From NCBI GenBank assembly GCA_048882325.1, contig JBHLRS010000065.1, positions 1 through 12,147 on the forward strand: DNA of 12,147 bases. The letters run 5' to 3'. This document shows, piece by piece, positions 1 through 8,652 of this stretch. How positions within the stretch are numbered: position 1 is the first letter of the stretch; each line of letters begins with the position of its first letter. The DNA is from Candidatus Thorarchaeota archaeon (GTDB lineage: Archaea > Asgardarchaeota > Thorarchaeia > Thorarchaeales > Thorarchaeaceae). A model generated the notes under the pieces. The model was given only the letters and a program-made list of their open reading frames with translations. It had not been told where the DNA came from and made no database searches. The position numbers were made by a program, and so were the translations under genes.

Positions 1-1247
1 CCAGCCATGATCTGAGGTCCACGGACCCACAGCTCTCCGGGTTCCCCAACAGGAGGTTCCTCCCCGGTTTCAGGATCCAAAACACGAATCTCAGTGTCTG
101 GTAATGGTACACCAACACCACGCTTGACCTGTTTCATGAAGCCCGTGACCTTTGAAAATGCAGAGATATTCACCGTAGCGGCTCCAGAGGTCTCTGTTGC
201 CCCATATCCCTCCCCCATAGGGACACCTGAGATTTTCTCAAACTCCTCAGCAACTTCAGGAGGAAGACCTGCAGCAGCCGAATAATAGAATATCTGACCT
301 TTCTTTAGTGGCATATTGCAGAACACGATATAGTGGGCTGGTACAGCGAAGACAATAGCTGGTCTGTATTCATTGATTACATCGACAATTTTCACCATGT
401 CTCTTGGATCCATCAAGAAAATCTTCAGACCCCACGAAATACTCGCGTGAATCGCCCAGTGACCATACGTATGGAATATGGGGACGCAGACTGCAGTTGC
501 TCCTTTCCCGACAATCCCAACTTTCAGCGGCGCCAGCATCCAGTGGATCGTTTGGACCACATTGGAAGTGAGATTGTAGTGTGTCAGCATTGTGCCCTTT
601 GGGACGCCAGTTGTCCCCCCGGTGAAAGGAAGAAGGGCAACGTCCTTCTTCGGGTCTATCTTTACCTGTTCGGTGTGAGGCTCATGCTTCTCAATCAGGT
701 CACTCATGAGATAGTAGCCAGCATCCGTTATTGGGTCCATTTCAGGAGTTTCATAGTCTGGATAGATCTTAGTAGGGGTATAGATGACCGTCTTCACATT
801 GGTCTGTGGTTTGACCTCGTTGACGCGGGGGATTCTACGATATGAACAGACAACAGTCTGGGCCTTGCTCTCCTTGAGTTCGTGTAGCAAGTCATCAGCC
901 TTGTGCAGAATACTTAGAGGTACATGAATTGCTCCAACCTTCATACACGCAAAATCCGCAATAATAAACTCCGGACATGATGGGAGTACTGTTGCCACTG
1001 TGTCTCCTTTCTTGACACCAAGTTCGACAAAGGCAGTCGCAAGTCTGTCAACCTTATCCTTCAACTCAGGGTAAGTCATCTCTTCATCCGCGTAGACACA
1101 AGCTATAGCCTGTGGGTACTCCTGTACAGAATTCTCCAAGAATGAATAGACGTTCATCTCAGGATAGGGTTCCATAGAATGTTTCAGCTTGTATGGTCCA
1201 AGGAAGTATGCCTTGAGCCAGGGTTTGTCCTGATACGATGATGTCAT
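1..1247 (-). CDS. fadD: Long-chain-fatty-acid--CoA ligase (AMP-binding/ANL family), 3'-truncated by the window edge
   Basis: Not in the ORF track because its stop lies outside the window. Manual translation from ATG at 1247: MTSSYQDKPWLKAYFLGPYKLKHSMEPYP...; AMP-binding loop FTGGTTGVPKG (about 595-627), PIFHTYG, EGYGATET, GVPLPDTEIRVLDPETG, GELWVRGPQIMAG at the edge; about 415 codons in one frame. AGGTGAT RBS just upstream. Confidence 0.93.
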   Translation of the reverse strand, partial: MTSSYQDKPWLKAYFLGPYKLKHSMEPYPEMNVYSFLENSVQEYPQAIACVYADEEMTYPELKDKVDRLATAFVELGVKKGDTVATVLPSCPEFIIADFACMKVGAIHVPLSILHKADDLLHELKESKAQTVVCSYRRIPRVNEVKPQTNVKTVIYTPTKIYPDYETPEMDPITDAGYYLMSDLIEKHEPHTEQVKIDPKKDVALLPFTGGTTGVPKGTMLTHYNLTSNVVQTIHWMLAPLKVGIVGKGATAVCVPIFHTYGHWAIHASISWGLKIFLMDPRDMVKIVDVINEYRPAIVFAVPAHYIVFCNMPLKKGQIFYYSAAAGLPPEVAEEFEKISGVPMGEGYGATETSGAATVNISAFSKVTGFMKQVKRGVGVPLPDTEIRVLDPETGEEPPVGEPGELWVRGPQIMA

Positions 1248-1251
1248 CGCG

Positions 1252-1258
1252 ATCACCT
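1252..1258 (-). promoter_or_regulatory. Shine-Dalgarno site (AGGTGAT) of the acyl-CoA ligase
   Basis: Minus strand reads ataggtgatcgcgATG; archaeal-type GGTGA motif 4-5 nt before the ATG. Confidence 0.7.
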
Positions 1259-1277
1259 ATTATGGATATACTACTTG

Positions 1278-3149
1278 TCAATAAATTTGGTCAATTGCCC
1301 ATTCCAGTCCAAGTTCCGTCAGCTTCTCCTTTGTTGGCTTACCATCCTTGTCCCACCCTCGAAACTCATAGTAACTTGCTAACATTGGTTCTAAATCCAC
1401 AACGAGTCCCTCGGCTGGACCTTCGGGCATGTGATCTTCCAATAATCTTGGAGGAAGCGTGTCATCAGCGCGTGTCGCCCCTTCGCGAATATTGTAAATC
1501 TTTTCAAGATTGTAGATTCTCTCACCGGTCTTCCTGAAGTCAGCTGCAGTATATTCAATGCCCATAAGGTTCGACAACAAGACCGCCCAATCATCTGCGG
1601 TCATCACGATGCCCATGAACTTGCATGCACCTACAGCATCAAAGATTTGAAAGGCATCCTCAAAGTCCTTCAGAATAACTGACTTCTCGGGTATTTCCTT
1701 TTGGGGGTCTCCTACATTTGCATCATCCACAATCATGAAGGGCATTGAGAGAAACGCGGGACCTTCAATCCATGCAGTGATATGGTCTCCACCTCTGATT
1801 GCCGTAGCATAAGCCAGACCCGTGATCTTTGCAGCACGACTGTCATATGCTGGTAGTTCAAGTCCCTTGACATGCATGGCAAAGTGCTCAGAACCTTTAC
1901 CAAACTTCTCTGCCATTCTCTTGGTTCCCTCAGCCATAACATCTCCAAACCCCTCTCGCATGGCTATCTTAGGTATAATTTCTGAGATGATGTTCTTGTC
2001 ACCAAACTTGAACTCAATCCCGCCAGTGTCATCTTTTGTTATAATTCCCTTCTCAAAACACTCCATAGTGAAGGCTATAGTGCTACCTGCTGAGATTACA
2101 TCAACACCATAATCGTTACAGAGGAAGTGTGCCATCGAGATTGCTTCAAGGTCATCAACACCACACATACTACCAAAAGCACCTATTGATTCATACTCAG
2201 GCCCTTCTCCCCTACTCTTGAATTTTCCATCCTTGATTTCAGCAACTCGACCGCATGCAATTGGGCAAGCAAAGCAGGGCTTACGTGATGCGAGAATTGT
2301 ATCGTTGAGAGCCGTACCATTGATGTTTTCTGCACCTTCAAAAATCCCGGTCTGAAAATTACGCGTTGGCAGCCCTCCGACAACCTGGCAGAGATCGACC
2401 ATAGTGGCTGTTCCATAGACCTCCAAGGTCATCTTGAGCATGCTCTGGTTCACCCAGTCGAACCTCTTCTTGGCCTCTTCTCTATACTTCTCAGGATTGG
2501 CAACTGGAATCTGTGCCTTGCCATAGGATACTACTGCCTTCAGGTTCTTTCTACCCATCACCGTTCCGAGGCCACATCTGCCAGCCGCACGACCAAAGTA
2601 CTCTTCATCACAGTCATTCATTATTGCTGCAAATTTCACAAGCTTCTCGCCTGCTGGACCAATGCACGAAACATTATGCTTGGGACCGTGTTTTTCCTTC
2701 AGAATCTTAGTGGTTTCAGACGTTGTCTTTCCCCATACCTCGGATGCATCCAGTAGCTCTGCCTTGCCATCCTCTGTCAGGAGATACACAGGTTTTGGTG
2801 AGATTCCTTCGAAGATAATTCCATCAAAGCCAGAACGCTTGAAGTCCTTCGCCCAGAATCCTGCAGAGTTTGCCTGACCCCATAAGTTTGTGAGTGGCGA
2901 TTTAGCAACTACACTGTATCTGCCTGCACTCGGAGACTGAGTCCCTGTAAGAGGTCCTGTCATGAAAATGAGTGGGTTATCTGGTCCTAAGGGGTCGATT
3001 CCTTTCTCAGTTTCATTAATCAGATACCATGTCGCGAGACCGGCACCACCAAGATACATCCTGAGTATCTCGTCGTCAGGAAACTCCTCTGTTATTGTCC
3101 CGTCGGTGAGGTTGACCCGAAGTATCTTTCCCATGTATCCCTTCAGCAT
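1278..3149 (-). CDS. aor: Aldehyde:ferredoxin oxidoreductase (tungstopterin, [4Fe-4S]; AOR family)
   Basis: 623 aa; N-terminus GYMGKILRVNLT, KSPLT, AAGRCGLGTVMG, Fe-S motif CFACPIAC plus distal Cys in DAVGACKF, GPEYES, LCNDYGVD, HVKGLELPAYD, RGGDH, C-terminal YYEFRGWD..GKP. Confidence 0.96.
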   Translation of the reverse strand: MLKGYMGKILRVNLTDGTITEEFPDDEILRMYLGGAGLATWYLINETEKGIDPLGPDNPLIFMTGPLTGTQSPSAGRYSVVAKSPLTNLWGQANSAGFWAKDFKRSGFDGIIFEGISPKPVYLLTEDGKAELLDASEVWGKTTSETTKILKEKHGPKHNVSCIGPAGEKLVKFAAIMNDCDEEYFGRAAGRCGLGTVMGRKNLKAVVSYGKAQIPVANPEKYREEAKKRFDWVNQSMLKMTLEVYGTATMVDLCQVVGGLPTRNFQTGIFEGAENINGTALNDTILASRKPCFACPIACGRVAEIKDGKFKSRGEGPEYESIGAFGSMCGVDDLEAISMAHFLCNDYGVDVISAGSTIAFTMECFEKGIITKDDTGGIEFKFGDKNIISEIIPKIAMREGFGDVMAEGTKRMAEKFGKGSEHFAMHVKGLELPAYDSRAAKITGLAYATAIRGGDHITAWIEGPAFLSMPFMIVDDANVGDPQKEIPEKSVILKDFEDAFQIFDAVGACKFMGIVMTADDWAVLLSNLMGIEYTAADFRKTGERIYNLEKIYNIREGATRADDTLPPRLLEDHMPEGPAEGLVVDLEPMLASYYEFRGWDKDGKPTKEKLTELGLEWAIDQIY

Positions 3150-3188
3150 GTTGTTTCATTCCCCTGACAGAAGTGTCAATCTCTAATT

Positions 3189-3638
3189 TTAGTCAAAAAA
3201 CTCTGTTTCTATGGATGCAGCACTTGCAACAAGTTCTTTGGCCGCCTCAGTAGCTCGCAGAATCTTAGGCATATCCCCTTCAACTTTTGCTTGTCCAGAG
3301 AGCAAAGCACGAATGGGATCCAATTCCTTAGTCAGTATCTTTTCCCAGACATCAATCCGTGCTGTGTAGACAAACTCCACCTCATAGGGTTTCCCAGAAG
3401 GTTTGTCCCCCTTGTTCAGAAGAGTGAATTCTTCACCCTCTTTCAATATTGCAGATCCGGTGCATTTCCCATGGTGGAGACCCACCCATATCTTGATCTG
3501 ATGGTCCAAGCCACCATGTGGCTCAGCTTGAAAAACGAAGTCACCTTCCCACCAGTCTGCTGCTTTCGCATACGCTTCGTTAGAATTTATCGCATCAATG
3601 ATTAATTCCGCATATTCTGGAGTTCCGAATTTTACCAT
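3189..3638 (-). CDS. SCP2 sterol/lipid-binding domain protein
   Basis: 149 aa; FGTPEY..INSNEAY..AA..WEGDF N-terminus and the SCP2 C-terminal signature VWEKILTKELDPIRALLSGQAKVEGDMPKILR; GAGAGGA RBS upstream. Confidence 0.85.
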   Translation of the reverse strand: MVKFGTPEYAELIIDAINSNEAYAKAADWWEGDFVFQAEPHGGLDHQIKIWVGLHHGKCTGSAILKEGEEFTLLNKGDKPSGKPYEVEFVYTARIDVWEKILTKELDPIRALLSGQAKVEGDMPKILRATEAAKELVASAASIETEFFD

Positions 3639-3653
3639 GTGTCATTCCTCTCG

Positions 3654-4058
3654 TTATTTCTTGTCAAGTACTAGTATTTTAGGTAGTGCGAGGAGCTTTC
3701 TATATGCCCTCCCCTTGAACTGGAGTTTTCTGTTACCAAACCGGTTCTTCTTCGTCATCATGTGCATGACCGAGTACTGACCATTACAGAAGAACATAAG
3801 GTCCTCTGGATCGGCTATCAGATCGAGGTCTCGCTCATCAAGAGAATCTCTTGAAACAGTGTACTCCCCGTCCTTTGCTACGAGATTAATCCACAGTATC
3901 TCATCCTCTTCCACCTGTAGTCCGATATTGAACCTACCCTCGAATGAATCCAATCTCTTGGTGTTCTTTGGATTCTCTCTCTTGTCAGCAATTATACCGT
4001 CGATAACTGCTTTGATGGTCAGAAACAGTGTGTCTCTCTGTGTGTCATCCATGCTCAT
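3654..4058 (-). CDS. Divergent SCP2-like lipid-binding domain protein
   Basis: 134 aa; beta-rich core (RFNIGLQV, WINLVAKDGEYTVS) then DLDLIADPEDLMFFCNGQYSVMHMM...KLQFKG, resembling the SCP2 'D..i.ad.edl..l..Ge.....a...gklk.kG' pattern; first gene of the operon, 15 nt from the next gene. Confidence 0.65.
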   Translation of the reverse strand: MSMDDTQRDTLFLTIKAVIDGIIADKRENPKNTKRLDSFEGRFNIGLQVEEDEILWINLVAKDGEYTVSRDSLDERDLDLIADPEDLMFFCNGQYSVMHMMTKKNRFGNRKLQFKGRAYRKLLALPKILVLDKK

Positions 4059-4114
4059 TCACGACTTTACTTTGCTTCGCTCTGGGTTTCTCTAAGCCCC
4101 ATTTCAATATTCTG

Positions 4115-4127
4115 GACCAAATTGGTC
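4115..4127. promoter_or_regulatory. Palindrome GACCAA-A-TTGGTC in divergent intergenic region, candidate operator
   Basis: Perfect 6-bp inverted repeat with 1-nt spacer between the SCP2-AOR-ligase operon and the beta-helix gene. Confidence 0.35.
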
Positions 4128-4196
4128 GATAGATTCATTCGGAATTCTTAAAGGTTGATTTCCGCAGGAGTAATTACTAAGGATGGGGGTACAGAT

Positions 4197-6878
4197 TTGG
4201 TTGGAATCAAAGAAAAATCATCAATCTTGGTCTTTCTACTACTCTTTGCTATACCACAGCTCTCTCTGTTTCAAGTGAATTACTTTGGTCGAACCTTCGA
4301 ATCAATCTCAACAAGTGACTCCTATCTTGGTGAAGTAATAACAATAACATCTGATGCGGAATTCGCGGCTGTTGCTTCTAGCATGAGTTTCCCTGGGAAT
4401 GGTTCTCTAGGAAATCCCTATGTGATTGCAGACCTAGACATTGATTACATCCATATCTATGGCACAACTGTCTATTTTGAAATAAGAAGGTGCTATTTTG
4501 CTCCCACTTCAGATCCACGCAGCATAGATTTTGATACTGTGGAAAATGGGCTGGTTGATTCATGTGTGATTGAAGACCGACCCAATGGGATCAAGGTCGC
4601 TGCCTCTACTGGTATCATCATCTCAAACAACACACTGCGTTCACTGATTGTTGAGAGCATCTCTGTCGATTTTTCCTTTTACAGTGATATCATTAACAAC
4701 AGCATAATTTCAGATGGACAGAGTACAGCCATTGGATGCTACAAATCATACTACCTAACCATTGATAGCAATACAATCACCGACTGTCGGGATGGTCTGT
4801 ATCTTCCTTTCTCCGAATATCTGAATATAACCAACAATCATGTCACGAACTGCGGATATGGGCTGTTTTCTTCTGGTGGTTTTGACATCCATGTGGCAAA
4901 CAACACTTTTGTCAACACTGCTGTATTCTTGAACTCATTTGACTCAACAATGACATTCACCAACAACACAGTCAACGGGTTGGCGCTAGGCGTATTTTCA
5001 AGTCTGTCTGATGAGGTCTTGGATGCAAGTCAATTTGGTCAATTGATTTTGTGGTTGTCCAATAATGTCACAATTGTCAATGGGACATTCAATCAGCTCT
5101 CCCATTGCATCGAACTGATGTCTTGTTGGGACTGTACCATCGAGAATGTCACGTTCGCCAATTCAGCTCATGGAATCTGGATGACTTCATCAACTGCTTG
5201 TGAAATCAGAAATGTGACCTTCAGAGAGAATTACGGTTGGCCACTTTATGCTGAGAAATCGCACAACCTCTTACTCATCAATTCAACTATCGAGTCAGAT
5301 GGTGATCCAATTCTGTTGTTCGAAACCTTGAATTGTACTATAATTGGGAACAGATTCATCAATTCGTACATCTCTTTCAAGCGAGGTGTCGAGAGATACT
5401 CGTACGGTAGTAACTCGATAGAATACTTCGTTCACCACATCGAGGACAACACGGTTGATGACCTCCTCTTGGGATATTTCCTTAATGAAACCGGTGTTGT
5501 CGCAGATCTTGAAGAATATGGGCAGATGGTCATCGTCAACTGTACTGACTTTGATTTGGGTCCCTCCACAATACTAGATAGGGTAGTCCAGATTCAGGTC
5601 TTTCACTCACGAGATATCTCTCTTGTTGATTGTGATATTCAAAGTAATGGCACTTCAATGGTCATGTTTATTCAATCTCCACATTGTAATATCACTGATT
5701 GCGACGTGGAGTTCACGAGTTTCCTCATACATGAATCATCGGACATTATTTTCTCTAAGAACACCATGAGTTCTGAATCGGGTAACTTCATTCTTGGACT
5801 CCGCATGGAATCTTGTGCCAATTCCACAATTGAGGAAAATGCACTATCGGGTCCGTATATCGAGGGTCTTCTCGTAATGGCATCACCAAATGCTACTGTC
5901 AAATCGAATGAATTGGTGAATGTATACTTCGGTCTAGTTCTAGAAGGTGACAACAGTCTGGTGAAAAGCAACAATGTCATCGCAAGCGAATCGAATGGTC
6001 TATCTGTTCTTCGGTCGTCAAACTGCACAATAGAGGACAACGACTGTAGATACAATTCAGCGAGTGGTCTGGTGGTGGATGAGTGCATCAATACAACGAT
6101 ATCGAAAAACATTGCTATCACTAATGACGTCGGTCTTCGACTCTCTGAATCGACTCGCTGCTTAGTGGATTCCAATCGGTTCGAACAGAATCACGATTAT
6201 GGTGGCTATATGACCTACTCCACTTTCTGTACTATCGTCAACAACAGTGTTCGATTCAACTGGGATGTTGGACTTCGTGCGCAACATTCATCGAACAACT
6301 CCTTCTATCTGAACCGCCTCGGTTGGAATGATGCCAGGAATGCACTGGATGATGGCTTTAACAACACGTGGGACAACGGAGTTGATACGGGCAACCTTTG
6401 GAATGATTACTCTGGCATTGGTGTCTACAATATTCCAGGAACTGCACAGAGTGTGGATCGGTTCCCAGGGGTCTTACTGGCAGAGGATGGCTCACCTCCG
6501 ACTCTGAGCAGTCCGACAGACATCATCTATGAGTTTGGGACCTCCGGCAATATGATCTACTGGCAAGCCACAGATCAGTATCCTCATACCTATCAGCTGG
6601 AACGCAATGGAACAGTAATCGAGAGTGGCCCATGGGAGAGTGAGATATTTGCCATCAATATCGATGGACTTGAGATAGGTGTCTATAACTTCACACTAAC
6701 AGTGTGTGACGAGGGTGGTCTCTGCAGAAGTGACACCGTATTCGTTAGCGTGGTTCGTCAACTACCGCAGCACGATGATCTTCCATATCTGCTGGTACTA
6801 GTCGGAGGCGGATTTTTCATCTCGATTATTATCGTCATCATTCTGATTCGAATCAGAAAACGACCGATTCCGACCTGA
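4197..6878 (+). CDS. Membrane-anchored right-handed parallel beta-helix (NosD/pectin lyase-like) cell-surface protein with C-terminal Ig-like domain
   Basis: Signal-like KEKSSILVFLLLFAIP; GNGSLGNPYVI motif; many G(I/L)xLxxSxNxTIxNN turns; NosD-type cap NALDDGFNNTWD..GNLWNDY..YNIPG....DRFP; Ig-like PTLSSPTDIIYE..GVYNFTLTVCD..SDTVFV; C-terminal TM helix followed by RIRKR. TTG at 4197 after GGGGGT preferred over TTG 4155 (start uncertain). Confidence 0.88.
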   Translation: MVGIKEKSSILVFLLLFAIPQLSLFQVNYFGRTFESISTSDSYLGEVITITSDAEFAAVASSMSFPGNGSLGNPYVIADLDIDYIHIYGTTVYFEIRRCYFAPTSDPRSIDFDTVENGLVDSCVIEDRPNGIKVAASTGIIISNNTLRSLIVESISVDFSFYSDIINNSIISDGQSTAIGCYKSYYLTIDSNTITDCRDGLYLPFSEYLNITNNHVTNCGYGLFSSGGFDIHVANNTFVNTAVFLNSFDSTMTFTNNTVNGLALGVFSSLSDEVLDASQFGQLILWLSNNVTIVNGTFNQLSHCIELMSCWDCTIENVTFANSAHGIWMTSSTACEIRNVTFRENYGWPLYAEKSHNLLLINSTIESDGDPILLFETLNCTIIGNRFINSYISFKRGVERYSYGSNSIEYFVHHIEDNTVDDLLLGYFLNETGVVADLEEYGQMVIVNCTDFDLGPSTILDRVVQIQVFHSRDISLVDCDIQSNGTSMVMFIQSPHCNITDCDVEFTSFLIHESSDIIFSKNTMSSESGNFILGLRMESCANSTIEENALSGPYIEGLLVMASPNATVKSNELVNVYFGLVLEGDNSLVKSNNVIASESNGLSVLRSSNCTIEDNDCRYNSASGLVVDECINTTISKNIAITNDVGLRLSESTRCLVDSNRFEQNHDYGGYMTYSTFCTIVNNSVRFNWDVGLRAQHSSNNSFYLNRLGWNDARNALDDGFNNTWDNGVDTGNLWNDYSGIGVYNIPGTAQSVDRFPGVLLAEDGSPPTLSSPTDIIYEFGTSGNMIYWQATDQYPHTYQLERNGTVIESGPWESEIFAINIDGLEIGVYNFTLTVCDEGGLCRSDTVFVSVVRQLPQHDDLPYLLVLVGGGFFISIIIVIILIRIRKRPIPT

Positions 6879-6893
6879 TGAACTCATCAAACC

Positions 6894-8558
6894 TTACTTG
6901 TCTGAAGAAACTCCTTCATACTCTGCTCTAATGAGCTTCTTGTCTATCTTCCCAACACTCGTCTTTGGGACTGATTCCACAAACAGGATCTCGTCTGGAA
7001 GCTGCCATTTTGCAAAGCATTTAGCGAGATGCTCAAGAATTTCCTTCTTGTCCACCCTCGTATTAGATTCATCATGTAATACCACCAAAGCCAGTGGTCT
7101 CTCTCCCCACTTTTGGTCCGGAACACCAACAACAGCTGCCTCCATCACTGCAGGATGATTGACTATCTCGTTCTCCATGTCTACTGAGGATATCCATTCT
7201 CCGCCACTTTTGATTAGGTCTTTCGTTCGATCGGTCAGCTTTAGATATCCTTCTGGATCAATGGACCCCACATCTCCCGTTCTGAAGTATCCATCTGCTG
7301 TGAACTGCTCCTCAGAACCTGGGGCATCATGATATCTTCCAAGGACCCATGGTCCTCGCACAAGTATCTCCCCTACTGATTCACCGTCATGAGGAATTTT
7401 CTTACTCTCAGAGTCTGCAACCCTGACATCAAGTCCCACTACAATTTGTCCCTGCTTCTTCTTCAGTTCCCACTTCTCCTCCTCTGAGAGCTCTTTGGTC
7501 AACCAAGGAGTTGGCTTGTTCAACGTAACAATAGCCTGCGCCTCAGTAGATCCATACGTATGAACAATCTCCGCCTTAGTTGTTTCCCAGAACTTTCTCA
7601 TCATAGACAGAGGTGGCTCTGACCCACCAGTGAGAAACCGAACACCTGAGAGATCTGGTATCGGGTCCTTCTGCAGAAGATTGTTGAGCAAAGCCCTCAG
7701 GATTGATGGTACTCCTGCAGATATCGTCACCTTCTCTTGCACTAGCATCTCTATAAGCTCATCAAGACTATCCAAACTATACCTTCCAGGCAAGACAAGT
7801 TTTGCACCAGTCATGATGGCAGCATATGGTGTCCCCCATCCTAATACATGAAACATAGGGACAATTTGGAGCACACAGTCCTCCACTGTGATCATGGCAT
7901 TGAGTGCATACATCATCGCTTGGAGATACACATCCCGGTGGGAATAGTAAACCCCCTTTGGTTGCCCTGTTGTACCAGATGTATAGCATGCACTTGAGGC
8001 TGAGGTTTCTTCCAAGTTGGGCCAGTCATATCTGGTTTCTGCATCACTCAAGTAGTCTTCGTAGCTGTAGACTGGTTCCAAATTTGTCTGAACATCTCTC
8101 AGATTCCTGTCAGTCAGAATCACAAAACCCTGAACCATTTCACACATCGATGCTGCGGCCTCGACAATAGGTAAGAACTCCTCATCCGCAAAGATGAATC
8201 GGATTCCCGAATGATTCACAACATAACTCAGTTCCTGCGGCGTAAACCGTGGATTCATGAGGACCATTACAGCACCGCTCCCTGGGATACCAAAATAAAT
8301 CTCGAGGTTCCGATGCGAGTTCGATGCAAGTACACCAATCCGGTCTCCAACCTTCACACCAAGTGAGGATAAAGAACTCGCAAGTCGTTGCACACGTTCG
8401 TAGGCCCTGCTGTATGTATATCGAACCATTGACCCATCTGGATTTCTGCTAACAATCTCCTGCTTGCCAAAATTCCTAGCTGCATGTTTGATGATCGTAG
8501 CTAGATTCAGCTGGGAGCTGGTTTGCGACGTGGCAGGAAAACCCTTGATAATTTCCAT
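6894..8558 (-). CDS. Medium/long-chain-fatty-acid--CoA ligase (AlkK-like subfamily)
   Basis: CYTSGTTGQPKGVYYSHR, VPMFHVLGWG, YGSTE, GEILVRGPWV, FRTGDVG, DRTKDLIKSGGEWISS, PKTSVGKIDKK. Start moved from 8609 to ATG 8558 (MEIIKGFP), preceded by GGAGTGA; 554 aa. Confidence 0.94.
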   Translation of the reverse strand: MEIIKGFPATSQTSSQLNLATIIKHAARNFGKQEIVSRNPDGSMVRYTYSRAYERVQRLASSLSSLGVKVGDRIGVLASNSHRNLEIYFGIPGSGAVMVLMNPRFTPQELSYVVNHSGIRFIFADEEFLPIVEAAASMCEMVQGFVILTDRNLRDVQTNLEPVYSYEDYLSDAETRYDWPNLEETSASSACYTSGTTGQPKGVYYSHRDVYLQAMMYALNAMITVEDCVLQIVPMFHVLGWGTPYAAIMTGAKLVLPGRYSLDSLDELIEMLVQEKVTISAGVPSILRALLNNLLQKDPIPDLSGVRFLTGGSEPPLSMMRKFWETTKAEIVHTYGSTEAQAIVTLNKPTPWLTKELSEEEKWELKKKQGQIVVGLDVRVADSESKKIPHDGESVGEILVRGPWVLGRYHDAPGSEEQFTADGYFRTGDVGSIDPEGYLKLTDRTKDLIKSGGEWISSVDMENEIVNHPAVMEAAVVGVPDQKWGERPLALVVLHDESNTRVDKKEILEHLAKCFAKWQLPDEILFVESVPKTSVGKIDKKLIRAEYEGVSSDK

Positions 8559-8652
8559 TGTTGTCACTCCTGCTGGATGGTCACTAACCTTTCCTGTAAT
8601 CCTCAACATTTTTCATTACCGGTTTCATGATTTACAGAGGTGGTTTGATAAA

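Noticed and set aside
590-630. Possible frameshift at the G6 run in the ligase AMP-binding loop
   Set aside because: Re-reading gives TTC ACC GGG GGG ACA ACT GGC GTC CCA AAG GGC ACA ATG in frame; the gene is intact and merely runs off the window.
94-845. Plus-strand ORFs 94..285 and 333..845
   Set aside because: Antisense shadows of the minus-strand acyl-CoA ligase, which carries all the family motifs.
6876-6889. TGATGA-AC-TCATCA mini-palindrome between convergent stops
   Set aside because: Weak stem that includes the stop codons themselves, no clear oligo-T tract; not enough to call a terminator.
1238-8170. Numerous 60-170 aa ORFs overlapping AOR, SCP2, beta-helix and ligase genes
   Set aside because: Lie antisense or out of frame within confidently assigned genes; no motifs or RBS support.
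8464-8652. N-terminal extensions of the SDR (from 8464) and ligase (from 8609)
   Set aside because: They overlap each other on opposite strands; downstream ATGs have good RBSs and family-typical N-termini.
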